From Octopus sinensis (Eukaryota): DNA of 64,000 nucleotides. The stretch lies in assembly GCF_006345805.1 (NCBI RefSeq), contig NC_043000.1:30318001-30382000 (forward strand). Direction: 5' to 3'. The stretch's first letter is position 1. Each line of letters begins with the position of its first letter. The notes under the pieces were generated by a model. It had not been told where the DNA came from. It saw only the letters and a program-made list of their open reading frames with translations, and did not search any database. Below, piece by piece: positions 1-13,860 of the stretch. The position numbers were made by a program, and so were the translations under genes.

Positions 1-267
1 AGAGAGAGAAAGATAGAGAGGAGAGAGAGAGAGAGGGAGAACCTAAGATGGCGGAAAAATATTAATAAATAACAGGGTAATTAAATATTTTGTTTTTAGA
101 GTATTTATGATTATCAAGAAATTTGCTAAAAGTTAAGTTGTAAGTAATATCTCCTGATATTCTACATGTTGGCAAAATGATATTACCAAAGTTACCCGTC
201 ATAAAACGGGTAACACTATAGTATAACGTATACTCAAAGCGGTTTCAAATACATTACTGCTTGTGTT

Positions 268-629
268 CGTAACTCGCTGGAACCTTTAGTGAAGGCGCAT
301 GGCTCAGTGGTTAGAGCGTCGAGCTTACGATTGTTAGGTTATGAGCTCGAATCCAGGACTGGGCCGCATGTTGTGCTCTTGAGCAAGACACTTTATTTCA
401 CGTTGCTCCAGTTTACTCAGCAGTAGAAATGAGCTTCGACGTCACAGGTGCCAAGCTGTATCTGCTGTTGCCTTTCCCTTGGATAACACTGGTGGCGTGG
501 AGAGGGGAGGCCGGTGTGCATAGGCGACTGATGGTCTTCCATAAAAAAACCTTGCCCGGACTCGTGCCTGGGAGAGTAACTTTCTAGGTGCAATCCCATG
601 GTCTGTGTTATGACCGAAGGGGGTCTCAG
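268..629 (+). mobile_element. tRNA-derived SINE (family D), apparently full length with TSD
   Basis: A-box-like TGGCTCAGTGG at about 300 and B-box-like GCTCGAATCC at about 345. Central GTGCTCTTGAGCAAGACACTTTATTTCAC block is typical of SINE core domains. 12-bp direct repeat ACTGCTTGTGTT at 256-267 and 630-641. Confidence 0.8.
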
Positions 630-2095
630 ACTGCTTGTGTTATTGCTAATTAACATATATGCATCCATATATATTCTTGCAGATAGAAACGCAAACACAC
701 AAACACACATGCCCATACATATATATATTTAACAACGGATACTGTTTAGTGTATGTTTGTGGAGAAAACAACACCGTAGTCAATCGCCTGTGGATGGTAA
801 GTTTATGCAGAATAATGTTAAATTAATAATTGCGAGTGTTAACGTTCATCTAATCTCAGTTAAGATATATTTACAATTGAATACCAATAGCATGTAAGCA
901 AACTTTGGTTGAACTGTCCAACTCTTTGCTTCTTGGTAGAAGACAAGCTAAGATATAGGCACAGTTCACACACACATACACATACACTCACACACGAACA
1001 CAAAGCACACACATTTCTGCATTGTGTATATCTAGATAATATACATCAGCATTGAATACATGCATATATATGTGTGATAGGGCGTATGCGTATATACATA
1101 CATGCATATACATTTATATACAAACGTATTTACACGTGTACACACACACACGCACACACATATACATAGAAATATACAACATATATAAGCGTATATATAT
1201 ATATATATATATATATGCATATATATAAATCAATATGTAACTATGAATATACATATATATATAATATATATATTAGCATTGAATACATGCATATATATGT
1301 GTGAGTGGGCGTATGTGTATATATATACATGCATATACATTTATATATATGTATATATATATACACATATATATGTGTGTGTTTAGATATAGATTGCTAG
1401 ATAGATTACATCGCATCATAATGTTACCCTCCATCTTTGTATGAGATCCAAATTCAATCACTATTGTCTTCAATTTCAAACCACTGGTCTTTTCTTTTCC
1501 CCATGAAATGTATCTTCTCATAATTTCAGCCATTCGTCACGTAAAGCATTCATTTGAAATGCCCAGTCAAATGGTGCTGACAAGTTCGGCCGATATATAC
1601 TGACTTTCAACAATGGTTTCTATACTGCCTAAATTATTAGAATCAGCAACAGTGCTACAAGTAAGCTGTCTTTTCTCTTTCTTACATGCAGTAGTTGAAG
1701 ATTGGTTTGTCAATAGAAATCTTCACAAAACTTTGCACAATAATGCGACCCATGCATACAACTAGTGATATGAAGGATTACTTTTTTTTTTATTCAAGTA
1801 TATTCAACAAATTTCAGTTGATTAGAAGAGGAGAGCGAATCATGAATAACTGGGAAAGATTCATTGTTCGGTGAGTGTGCATGTTGACAAAAAGAAACAA
1901 AATGTATTTCACATATGTATGGATGTATGAATATATGTATGTTTCCATGTATGTATGTATCTATTCTCACCCCCCCCCCCCACACACACACACAAAGAGA
2001 TAGATCGCCAAGTAGATAAATAGATAGATAGTTATACCAGGCTTCCAGCAAAAATAAATTATATATTGTCGAACTCAGACCATAGTATTACATTT

Positions 2096-2111
2096 GTAGA
2101 TATATATATAT

Positions 2112-2165
<54 letters not shown>

Positions 2166-2172
2166 TATATAG

Positions 2173-2207
<35 letters not shown>

Positions 2208-2209
2208 AT

Positions 2210-2295
<86 letters not shown>

Positions 2296-2360
2296 GGATA
2301 GATAGATTGATAGATAGATATATGTATATATATATACATATATATTTGTCTATATATATA
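2096..2360. repeat. Compound (TA)n/(GATA)n microsatellite
   Basis: Direct reading; representative of dozens of similar tracts in the window. Confidence 0.95.
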
Positions 2361-2362
2361 AT

Positions 2363-2433
2363 GGCGGTGCCCCAGCATGGCCACAGATCGTGAGCTGAAA
2401 CTAGATAAAATAAAATAAAATAAATAAATAAAA
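2363..2433 (+). mobile_element. SINE/LINE 3'-tail-only fragment with (TAAAA)n tail
   Basis: GGCGGTGCCCCAGCATGGCCACAG..GAGCTGAAACTAGATAAAA. Near-identical reverse-complement copy at 61820-61870; related copy at 2521-2571 (-). Confidence 0.7.
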
Positions 2434-2435
2434 TG

Positions 2436-2472
<37 letters not shown>

Positions 2473-2629
2473 ATGCATATATATATGTATACGTATTTAT
2501 GTTAAATATATGTATATATACTCTTCAACTTAGTTCAACTTTAAAGCTACGGTCATGCTGGGGCACCACCGTTATATTATCTATGTGTGTGTGTATATAT
2601 CTATCTATTTATCTATCTATCTATCTCTT

Positions 2630-2669
<40 letters not shown>

Positions 2670-4336
2670 CATGCATATATATATATACATATGATTATAT
2701 ACCATGTACAATAGCATATCTATATTTAAACTAAATAACGTACCTCTACACAACACTGTTTACACATGTGTATGGATAAACTTAGCTTTATTTATCTCCT
2801 ATTTTATGTCATTTAAATTTACACAAGCACACACGTACACAGAGATACCGTCATTCATTTGCCCATACACATAACCACACCACACACACACATACGTACA
2901 CATACATAATAATTATACGTTTGTTTCGTTTTGCATGAACGGATGTAAAGAACGCATGCGCGTGCGTCTTCTGAGGGTTTGTGAAGCAAAGAGTGATACG
3001 TGCGTTCCTTTTCTTCGATGTATTTTTTTGGTGCGTGAACGGAATATATTTCATTAAATCTCTAACACGATCTTCTATTTAACTTCTTGTATATTTGAAA
3101 AGAAATCATACATTACACTAAACTAATGAAAGAGTCGTCTTGCCAGTTTTTTGTATTAAGCTTGCTTTCGTTTTCCGTCTTACAATATGAGTTACTGTAA
3201 AGGAATATTTTCCCATGTTACAACCAGTTTAAGGAGTAAGTAGCAAATCAATTAGATATTTTTCCTCCTTCCTTGTCAAATTCCTTGAATTTCTCTAAAT
3301 GGAAATCGATAGAAATTCGTGATTGAGAAAATATTAACATTTATAGGAAACATTCTAATGAATAGAAAAGCTATTTGATTTGCTGACGCTTGCATAAATA
3401 TGTTGGAGGATTGCAATAAATCCTTTGAAAGAAAGAGAGGAAGGTGTTTCTTTTGATTGCATTTCCCGTGTAAAAACGGTTCTCGGCCTTTAAATGCCGT
3501 GATTACCATTATTAATACCCAGACATGCATGAGTTCAAGAAGTGTCAAACGTAATAAATGTTGCAGTGAAAACTAATGATTAAATAATACTAGGTTTCGG
3601 GGTTAAACTATGACAGGTTAAGCTTTAATAGATTAAGCGAGACCGCATCTGATGATACGATATGATATAAAATTGCCTCGTAACATAACATCTCTTTTTC
3701 TGAGAAATATGTGAGACTATAGGATATTAAAAAAGTATATAATTATCCGGAATTCACTCATGTAATAACCCAAATTGCTGCAAGCCGTCAATAACTTTTG
3801 TTTATATTTTCTATTGTGGTCGTTTCAATTACCTTAAGCCAGTAGATCAAATGAAATAAGAATGAATCTCGCCACACAGAGAATCCATACAGTAGATCTA
3901 TACAGCTAAATACTGTTGTTAGCAAAAAAGTAATTAATTTCATGGTATAATATTATTGATACTGTTTGATAAATCAGATCGGAATGAACAGCTAAAGTGG
4001 AACAGGTTATCGCCACTTCGGAATGAGATTAATGTCGTCTTAATATGAATTCTGCTAAATTAATAGTATAGTAGTGCCAGCTGCCATTCGTGAGTTTGTA
4101 AAACTTAGTAGCGTATCATGTGTTCGGGCATTGTTCTAGATTTCTATGCAGTTGCAAACAGAAGCAAACAGACACCAACCCGCCTCACTCTTGGTCCGGT
4201 GGATTGTCTACAATGTAAAAGCCGGAAAGAGAGAAGACTGTGTTAGTAGCAGACTGGTGTAACGAGAAATGAATTTGTTTTCACAAGTACTCAACGCAAC
4301 ACCAGTCTCTGGAATTGAACTCACGATCAGTGCAAG

Positions 4337-4452
4337 AAGCTTGCTTCACACCCACATGGTTCCTGGTTCAGTCCCTCTGCGCAGCACCTTAGGCAAGTAT
4401 CTTCTAATATAGCCTTGAACCTACTAAGACCTTGAGAGTGGATTTGGTTGCC
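4337..4452 (+). mobile_element. SINE family A 5' half (degenerate)
   Basis: Matches the head of the 27208-27601 copy (CACATGGTTCCTGGTTCAGTCCC..GGCAAGTATCTTCT..GTGGATTTGGT). Confidence 0.7.
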
Positions 4453-4461
4453 GGAAACCGA

Positions 4462-4499
4462 AGGAAGCTTGTCGAGTGCGTATCTATCTATCTGTTTAC

Positions 4500-4530
<31 letters not shown>

Positions 4531-4587
4531 CCTACCTACCTACCTACCTACCTACCTACCTACCTACCTACCCATCTACCTACCTTC

Positions 4588-4619
<32 letters not shown>

Positions 4620-4690
4620 ATATCTATCTATCTATCTACCTATCTATCTATTTATCTATCTACTATCTCTACCTATCTATCTATATATAT
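4462..4690. repeat. (CTAT)n/(CCTA)n tetranucleotide microsatellite
   Basis: Direct reading; explains the YLSI/YLPT ORFs. Confidence 0.95.
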
Positions 4691-5023
4691 ATTAAATCGC
4701 CTTACTCTATTTAATTTTACTTCATTCCTGGATTATTGTAAATCCTTTAAACATCTCACCTGCTCGTGATTTTATTTTAGTTTATTTAATCTGATATAAT
4801 TTTCTGGATTTATATATTGTGATCGCCCGACCTTGGGATTATATGAGAAAAATATAAATGTATATATTTGATTGTATTCACAAATTGAATATGTGTTGGC
4901 CGGATTAGGAGAATGATAAACTAATCCGGTTTCTCTCCCTCCTTGAACTTTGATAGTTGCCCTTTCATGTTATTTCGTGGAAAGATTTACACTCTTTTAT
5001 TATTAATACACACACACACACAC

Positions 5024-5106
<83 letters not shown>

Positions 5107-5109
5107 ATT

Positions 5110-6600
5110 AACTTTAAAAACACAAATTGGACCAATACTACTATATATGATTATTTTGATAAAGCAATGGTCTCATCAAACTCTGCACAAATTACAGATC
5201 TGGTGGCCTTGTTTTTCTTATCCCAAATTTAATCAAAGTTCCTCGAAATAGCGGGCGTATTATATAGAGATGTCGCTCTTTTCACTACTACCGGATTATG
5301 AAAACAAGCAGTAGAATGCACTAAGGACGCTAAAATTTCTCAAAAAGTACTACAATTTGCACATTTTATTCGAAACCGACATTAAGGTGGCCAACTTTCT
5401 CGATATTACGCTGAATTTAAATACCGTGTCATACCAACTATATCATATGCCTAATCGAACACTACAGTGCATCAACGTTCTCTCCAATCTTCCTGCAAGC
5501 ACTAAAAAAATACTGTAACCGAGTCTCGAATTTATCTGCTAACAATATTTAACAACCACGCTCCACATTACAACCAAGTATTACAGTTAAGTGGTTTCCA
5601 GGGAAAAAATATATATTATATACATAATACTATGCTAAAAACAATAATATTTTCTGAAAGCAATGCTAAACCTGTGAAATCAGTATCTACTGAAAATCAA
5701 TTAATTAATTTGGAATCTAAATTACACATAACACCACACCAGCCATATCGGAAATTTACATTATGTTCGTTTGACACCCCCATATAAAAATATTACAATG
5801 CTTAACAATGTATCTAAATCGAGAAAAAGTGAAATCATTTGGTACTCCCCTCCCTTTTCCCTTCAAATAAAATTGTTATCGAAACTTTTCTTTAAAATTT
5901 TGAAAACAAACTTTCCGAAACACCATAAATACTATTCCATATTCAATACATCTTCTGTGAAATTTTGTCTTCAACAAGTCCTAATTTGGGATCAATAATA
6001 TCCCCTATTCATAAATCGAAAATTAGAGCACAAACCACTAAATCTAATGCGTCAGGTAAATAGAAAAATCTTGGCTTGAATACGATTGCCAAATCTATAA
6101 CTGATACTCACAATTTAAATAACACTATTTGCCAACAATCTAATACAACGGCTCCAAATTTATCAAAATTAAAAACGAAACAGCAAAAAGAAGAAAAAGA
6201 TGAAATTGTCGTGTAAATGATCCCTGTCCCCTTGCGGGATACTGTGCACGATATGACGTTATCTATAGATGTCAGGTATCCACACCAGATGCACAACCTA
6301 AAATATACATAGGTGGTACCACTGATTTTAAGCGTAGATATCGAACTTACATCAATTACTTTAATAATCTTCAATATAAAACGGCTACCATACTTGCTAA
6401 ATATACTCTCAAGCTCAAATCAGAAAAGAGAAACTATGCACAAAAATGGCCCATTGAATCCGAAGCCCTCTCATATAGCACTAAATATAGGTAAGTATAA
6501 ATTATGTATAAGTGAAGCGCTCATCAGTTTTCGAACGCAAAATCTATCTCTACTTAACAAATCGTTAGAGGTGTTTTTTTCATACAAACACTTTAGTGAC
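5110..6600 (+). mobile_element. Degenerate Penelope-like retroelement (RT + C-terminal GIY-YIG endonuclease)
   Basis: Frameshifted peptides: FDKAMVSSNSAQITDLV (RT), VLYRDVAL (YRDDG-like catalytic motif), VANFLDITLNLNT, RKSEIIWYSPPFS..NFPKHHKYYSIFN, DPCPLAGYCARYDVIYRCQV..KIYIGGTTDFKRRY (GIY-YIG), and KLCISEALI..LLNK. Confidence 0.85.
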
Positions 6601-7175
6601 TCTGCTTTGAATTTAACCAAGATACATTTTAAAACAAACTTTTAGTCCATGTCATAAATATTTTATTGGAATATATTCAACTCTCTTTCTCCCCCCCCCG
6701 CTGCATCTTATTTATAAAGAAACCTAATCCCTAGTACTTGACACTGTCAACTTGCAAATATAAAACCTGTTGCCATAAAGAAGGAGGAATAGCTAAATAA
6801 TGGGTACTGTATCCCCTTATTTTTACCGGCAATTAACCTCTAGAGACGGTAGTTGGTACCCTAGTTTACCTATTGTTAATTATCCTGATTTTTAATTTCT
6901 TTCCTTCTTGTATCTCTTATTTCGCTTTCATCACTTCTACAGACTTTCAATATATTTACGTATACACGTATGTTTTAATATATTTATGTCTACATCTAAA
7001 TTTTTAAAAAATCAATTATTTTACAAATATATATTTAATATATTTACTTATAGATTTTTTTAAATGTCTATGTATATATAAATATTTTTAATGTTTCACT
7101 TATACACTTGTTCTTTAACTTCATCCAAGAAAGTTTCCTTTTAAATGCATGTGTTGTCGCTGGAATAACGATCTC

Positions 7176-7597
7176 GGATCTTTTCGGTTTGAACGGCAGT
7201 TTTTTAAAATAATTTCCACATAACTAAACACTTTTAAACTTCGTATACTGGTAGAATATGTTTATAAAACATCTTTTTGTCTTGGCTTTATTGAGAAAAT
7301 CCTATAGTTTGTAAGATATTTGTTGGGGTTTTTTCTGCAATTTCTGCAATTTCAACCAATTAATGACGTCTATTGAGGTGAAAACATTCTGTGCCGTATG
7401 AATAGGTCCCTAGTTTAAGAAACAGATTGGATTTAATTACATTTCTGGAGAAAAAAAGATACCCTTCCCCCTAAACCTAACTAACCCTAACCCTAAAACA
7501 GATTGAAATGCAATAGATTGATACTAGGGTCATAATTATGAGTGATAATTTCATATGACACCGCTAGAAAAAACTGCCGTTCAAACCGAAAAGATCC
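7176..7597. mobile_element. MITE with perfect 30-bp TIRs and 8-bp TSD
   Basis: TIR GGATCTTTTCGGTTTGAACGGCAGTTTTTT at 7176-7205 and its reverse complement at 7568-7597. TSD ACGATCTC at 7168-7175 and 7598-7605. Internal CCTAAC/TAACCC repeats at about 7470-7497. Confidence 0.93.
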
Positions 7598-8005
7598 ACG
7601 ATCTCACTTCTAAGAACACCATATGACCCACATTGATATTCGGCAGCCCAGTTTCAGTCAACCATCTTCAACACCCTGCATCACTCCATTCGGTTTACCG
7701 AGTTCGACGAACTAGGTTTCTGTTAAAAACTTTTGGTATGCAAATTAGGAACTCCTTCATAGAAGAACTACTACATTTGTTGAGTATATAAAGAGTTTGG
7801 CTGTTTGTTTCTCTGGAGACTGTCGGAATGATGTGGACGCATCTGATGAGAACCCAACATGGCCTGAAAATCGATTAAGGTTGTTCATCATTGGGTTTTT
7901 TTTCAGTCTGCAGAGAAATGGTTGAAATTTGCCTTGCATATAATTATACCATATGTTACACACACACACACACACACATACATACACACACACATACACA
8001 CACAC

Positions 8006-8045
<40 letters not shown>

Positions 8046-8414
8046 GTATAGATACACGTCTGCGAATGTAAACTGGAAAAAACTCAGATACTTCACATGA
8101 AGTCCCGTTTCATTGTACACCAATATGGATTTCACAAATTTGGACGTACCGAGCTTTGGCGCCTGTAACTCCCGTATATATGTGGTGCGAGATCTAACTC
8201 ATCAAATCGCCTTCTCTCATTATTATATCAATGCAGTTTTCTCTGAGCTGCTTGATAGTAACTCATTTGATATCTCGTGCACGCTTCCGTAGATATATTA
8301 GTATTCAACTGACTGGCGTTAGTAAGCATAGGAATATATTATTATGCCTATACAATCATCTATATCTCATCAAATTTTCCTACGCTACCATCATCCTAAA
8401 AAATTATTCTGATT

Positions 8415-8545
8415 AGAAATGAGAACCCAGGTTCGAAATTTCCCCAAGACACCCTATGAAGGCTGGAGGGTATACAGCTGAAACGTTGTGTTATCAACAA
8501 ACATTATGAGGACAAATATCTGTCAAATGTAAATAATGTGCTGAT
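8415..8545 (+). mobile_element. 3' module of the tRNA-head/(TAA)n/hammerhead element (family E), headless copy
   Basis: Collinear with 25997-26140 and with the reverse complement of 22845-22985. Confidence 0.85.
8448..8492 (+). ncRNA. Minimal type I hammerhead ribozyme motif, core mutated
   Basis: GACAC-CCUAUGA-A-GGCUG..CAGCU-GAAA-CGUU-GUGUU. Stems I and II and the GAAAC/GUU are present; the core differs from CUGAUGA at two positions. Confidence 0.6.
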
Positions 8546-8891
8546 TTAGCAGTGTTGAGTGTTTCTTCTGCCAGGGAAACACTCAACTCTGAGTCCCTCT
8601 TCAGGACAAAACCACATTAAATACTTCGGTGTTTCAATCAATGTTACATATGATACCCTATAATTAACCTTTGTGACTGCCACGCAAATATAGCACGGAC
8701 TAAACAATACTCCATTCGCAGTCCGGTGTGCGGACAATTGTAATGGAGAAAGAAATACTCAAGAACCTACAAGACGTGTTGCGTTATCTGCCAACTTTGG
8801 TGCTATAACATTTACTGAACTTCTGTACAAGGAAAAAAAAGATTTTAATCCGGCAACCGTGGTCCATCTCACGCACTGGCATTTATTCTTA

Positions 8892-9128
8892 TAAGGCGGT
8901 GAGCTGGCAAAAACGTTAGCACGCCGGGCGAAATGCGTAGCCGTATTTCGTCTGCCGTTACGTCCTGAGTTCAAATTTCGCCGAGGTCGACTTTGCCTTT
9001 CATCCTTTCGAGGTCGATTAAATAAGTACCAGTTATACACTAGGGTCGATGTAATCGAGTTAATCCGTTTGTCTGTCCTTGTTTGTCCCTTCTGTGTTTA
9101 ACCCCTTGTGGGTAGTAAAGAAATAGGT
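8892..9128 (+). mobile_element. tRNA-derived SINE (family C) with TSD
   Basis: GGCGGTGAGCTGGCA head, GAGTTCAAAT B-box and central CCTTTCATCCTTTCGAGGTCGAT domain. Direct repeat ATTTATTCTTA at 8881-8891 and 9129-9139. Fragments recur at about 29055, 53935 and 54180. Confidence 0.85.
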
Positions 9129-10619
9129 ATTTATTCTTACCATCCTTACTGCCTCCCACTCTCAATCTCCGAAATGTCTTTTTTCGACCAGAAAAAAAGA
9201 AAGCTTCATATTCTAAAAATGCAACATTGTGGAATTATTCATTGTTCATGTTTTCCTGACAAATCTATGGACATAAGAAGTAGATAAATCATATCTGCAT
9301 CGCTCAAAAAGCGGAGGCTTTTGTGTATATTACTCGTATCTTAAGAACTAAAAGTTTGGAAATAGACATTGCATTGAGCCAGTCTAGAGCGACTTAAAGG
9401 TAACTTGTATATAAGATATCTTCAGTAAATGTTAGAAGATATTACAAAACGCAGCCAGAGAATTAGGTTCCAATTTGACAAATGACAGACTATTGTTTCA
9501 AAACATGAGTCCTGTCTTGAATACATGATGAGTAAGTAAATTACTACAATTTGTGTTTCATGTATACAAATATTCTACGTTTGTTTTGTGAAACAAACAT
9601 CAGTAGGAATGACCAATTACTGACAAATGAAGAAATAATTAATAGTACGACTTATAATTATCAAATAACTCATCTCCTATAGTCATGACAGATGTATACT
9701 AATACAGAAGGGAATAATAATTCAGGAATTAATATTCTTAGCGAATTTGCTTTACACAAGAACTATATAGATATATCTAAATAAACAGGGCATTTTGACC
9801 GACACACGACCGATTCTTGAAACCAACAGATGACAATAAATATAAATAATTAATTACAAATGTTGTATGTTGTACAACTTCAATTAATTATTCTTCATAT
9901 AGCCAGAAGGACGGAAATCTGAACTTAGTAGGATTTGCGCTGCATAGAGCAACCAGTCTGATTTCCTGATCTCTGTTATTGCAGAGGAGATAACCCCCAC
10001 CCCGAAATGCATTCGTCTAACAATCTGGTTAGGGGGCGTGAACTGACTCGGTATATTTAGCCCTATTTGACTACAGCTAGAAAATTTCTTCTTGACAAAA
10101 TACAGTGTGTTTCAATGCGTGTTCGAATATGCCTCTAGCATATTTGAACTGGTAACAAGTCGGGTTTTTTTTTTGTATTTATACACTTTACTGCTTAGCA
10201 CAAAATGTTATGTCTTGCAACTAATAAGATGAGGGCTGTGTTCGACGCAGAAATGGTTCTACCATTCGAAGAAATCGGAAATACACAGGTAATGTTTATC
10301 TGTAATGGTAAAGCACATTTTACATCAACAGGTCTTAACTAAGACGCATCAACAACTTAAAATGTTCAGACATTACAATGGATTCGTAAATATGAACAGG
10401 GTGATGAACGGAGCTGATGGGTGTTTAAAGGGTTTAGGATTTTACCGAGAAATAAAATATTTAATATATATTTATTGTTTAGATTTAAAATATATATTTA
10501 AGTATTTAAATACGTAGAGTAGAATATACGTAGATCATCCTGTAACCGGTACGCAGAGACATGAGAGATGGTGTTCCAAGGTATTTAATAATTTCCATGA
10601 AAGAAATTAACATAGATGC

Positions 10620-10770
10620 AAGCGTGGTTATATGGTAAGAAGTTTACTTCCCAAACACACGCACCCGGGTTCAGTCCCGTTGCATGACTTTTGGTCCTGT
10701 GTATCTTTACTATAACAAAGAGTCGACCACAAACTTGGGATTGGATTTGGTAAGCGGAAACAGAAAGAAG
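10620..10770 (+). mobile_element. SINE family A 5' half (old, diverged)
   Basis: GGTAAGAAGTTTACTTCCC..CCCGGGTTCAGTCCC..GGATTTGGTAAGCGGAAAC resembles the family A head. Confidence 0.6.
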
Positions 10771-13121
10771 TGGTCATTGTGTCTGTAACAAGAAAAACCT
10801 AAATAGGTGTTAGTCCCCGCAGTCAGCTACAGGAGAAAAATGCTAGGTTGTATGGAATTTGAAACCGTGGATAAATGTTGGGTGTTATGGAATTAGAAAC
10901 TAGTGCACAAAACTGACTTCACTTTAAAACTGTTTAAAATAATCTACAATTTTTGTTAATAATTAAATTTTCCTTACTTGTGTTATTATTTTTCGGAGAC
11001 TCAAATTTTATTGAATTATTTGCTGAAAGTAAGCCAAATATTAAGTGTTCTTTTTGTCTTGCTCTAATGGTTAGTTTATCGATATATTTCTAGAATTATT
11101 CATTTTTGGTGCTACCTTACTTTTATGCTTTTGAAAATTCTCTTTCACTACTGTTCGGTAAAAGCGGGCGTTGACTTGTGAAACTTTGGGAACCACATCT
11201 GGTGTGTTTGGGATTTGTTGTGTTTGGTCGCATAGTTTCAATATTTCAATCCATCTTCCATTGTTCTATCTCTCAAAAGACTTAGTTTGCACTGACTGCT
11301 GTAGTCACTCTCAAATATTCTCCTCGTTTGTATCCTGTTTAGGCTACAGCATTGAAGTCTTGGTAATTATTACAATAATATCGTTATCCATTGTCGTAAA
11401 AAACGAAAATCGTTATTGCTGTGTTATTTACATTTAAGCTTAACTGAGGATTGCCGCTTTATAACAATAAGCTAATTATTCGTACGTTACAGAATCAGTT
11501 TTATCTTGTTCTAATTTGAAGAATGCAATTAGAATTATGTTAATTTAGTGCTAATTAATAAAGAATCTTTGTTCAGTTTTTACTGAGGATACAATTAACT
11601 GGAATCGTTTCAAATTGTTTGAACTTCATAGTTTTGTTTTGTGTGTTCTTCACGTGATTCTAAACAGCGTTTGTTTTAAAATAATTATTTTCGAAAATTT
11701 CTCCTGGGTTTGACATAACACTGCTTCCGGTAGTGGGGTCCTGGTTCAGGACCTTTTCAAAGATCTTGAAGTGTATGGAACTTCTCTTAATCATTATTAT
11801 TCCCAGGTCTACTTAGGTGTGGACTGTCAGAACTTGTCAGGATCCCAGCTATCGGTTAATTGGCATGTCACGGAATTGCATCCGGGGAAGGCCACTAAAA
11901 ATTATCTCCAAAAGACATTGTACGTCTGAGAAAAAGTTAATTCCATGTAAATCCTACATCCTGTTGATTACTAGTAGCTCGTGGTCTCGTGTTACTTGTT
12001 GCACCAGACAAATACAAGTTTAAAGGGTGAGAGAAAGCGAGAATTGTTCTGCACAAATAACGATCATTAAAAAGACATTGATCTTGTAGGTTTTTCAGCA
12101 AACAAAACACAAGCGCCAGCACCAACACAATCACCCCCCCTTCATAAGTCCAGCGAAGATTAGGAAGTTCTGTCTTACTGAGTCCTAATTCACCGAAGTA
12201 CGGAGAGAATGCAATATATCGAAATGTTGAACATCTCCATATTAACAAGTGTGAAATAGATTTCTTAGAGAAAAAGATTACACTTTGCAAAAAGAATATT
12301 GTAACCGTTGAATGTTCGTATCATTCAGCAGTCAACAGAAAAATATATTATTTATCAGATTGTATATCGCTTGTAAAGTAGGGACATAATTGTATTTTAA
12401 TTTAAAATATTCAACCAACCGTGAAATCTCTAATTTCCGTTTGTGATGTCAACAGGAAATCTTTGCTATAAACCATATTGAAATTGTAATGGAAGAGATT
12501 ACAAGGTGCTTGGTTTACTGAGTCGAATTAAGTCACATCATGCGTGAACTTGTTCGATTGTACAGTCTTGTCAAATACTTGTTCATCATATTTTATTTGA
12601 TAAATTTACTTTTGTTTTTCGAAATGACCTCTAATGTCAAAGATACTAGTTTTCATTTTACCATTTTAGGAATCGATATTGTATATTTATTTAATCTTAC
12701 TTCCAGAATGAGACTGCACTTTTTTTGGTACAGACAATGTTTATTCTAAGCAATATTTCAGTTTTACCACTTTGATGTAAGCGTCATATAAATTGTTCAC
12801 CTGCATTTTATAACATTTTTTATGTATGTAGTATCATTGTATTTTAAAATTCTGATATGGAGTAAACATTTTAATACACATTTTACTCTTGTTTCATTGT
12901 CAATATAATATTGTCGTTTAGTCAGATGAGTTTTAAAATCAAAACTGCTCAGTTAGCAGAATATCTGTAAACATCTGGAGATCTAAAATTGGTTGAAGGG
13001 CAAAAATATGATTTTATAAAAAACCGAAGCATATAGAGTTATAATCAACGCGGTTAGTATAATGTAATTATAAATACTATGTGTATAATTATAGTTTGAA
13101 AACTAAAGTATCATAGATTTG

Positions 13122-13270
13122 AGGTAATCTTGGGCTTAGTAGCCTGCGCTCTTAACTACTACGCCATATGCCTGTGGGCAATTATGGAGTGAATTTTAGG
13201 GCTTATAAATTTAATATTTTCATATCCTTCCTTAACACCGGTTATGGAACAGCTGTAACCTTTTCAGAAA
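13122..13270 (-). mobile_element. Family E tRNA-like head plus about 90 bp upstream sequence
   Basis: Reverse complement contains GGCATATGGCGTAGTAGTTAAGAGCGCAGGCTACTAAGCCCAAGATT, matching the heads at 25746-25821 and 25856-25932. Confidence 0.75.
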
Positions 13271-13449
13271 TAAAGAGTTTTCCCTATCATCCATCGTTGT
13301 CTTCTTTATTAGAGAGATCAGAATGGAAAAATTACGACTAGCAGGTTCCATAGTTTCGGTTACATCGTCAGAATTTAATCATCTTTGTGGTCTCATTGCC
13401 ATGTCTTTAGTCCGGGTGATCACCAAGAATATATGTATGTGTGTGTATA

Positions 13450-13547
13450 CATCGGTTTCTTTTGACGAACCGCTAAGTTTCGGGGACGTAAACCCACCAA
13501 CATCAGTTGTCAAGTGATGGTGGTGGTGGTGGTGGTGGTGGACAAGT

Positions 13548-13601
<54 letters not shown>

Positions 13602-13813
13602 TATATATAAAATCGCCATTCTCCACAAAAAGTTTATGTTCTCTTTTGTGAAGAATGGCGATTTGACGTTTATATCTAGCATGTTGACTGTCCACTTTTC
13701 GTGTGCAGTCCTTAATTGGTATATATAAATATTTTAATCTTCGGATTCTTTCTTTAATATGCTAGACCACTGGTTCTAATTGATAAATATCAATTTTTAC
13801 CCTAAATTTAATT

Positions 13814-13860
<47 letters not shown>

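Noticed and set aside
3649-3700. CTGATGA followed by a TACGA/TCGTA stem
   Set aside because: No GAAA after the stem and no stems I/III.
7836-7885. CTGATGA..GAAA hammerhead-like hit
   Set aside because: No stem II pairing, and the stem I strands (GACGCAT versus AGGTTG) are not complementary.
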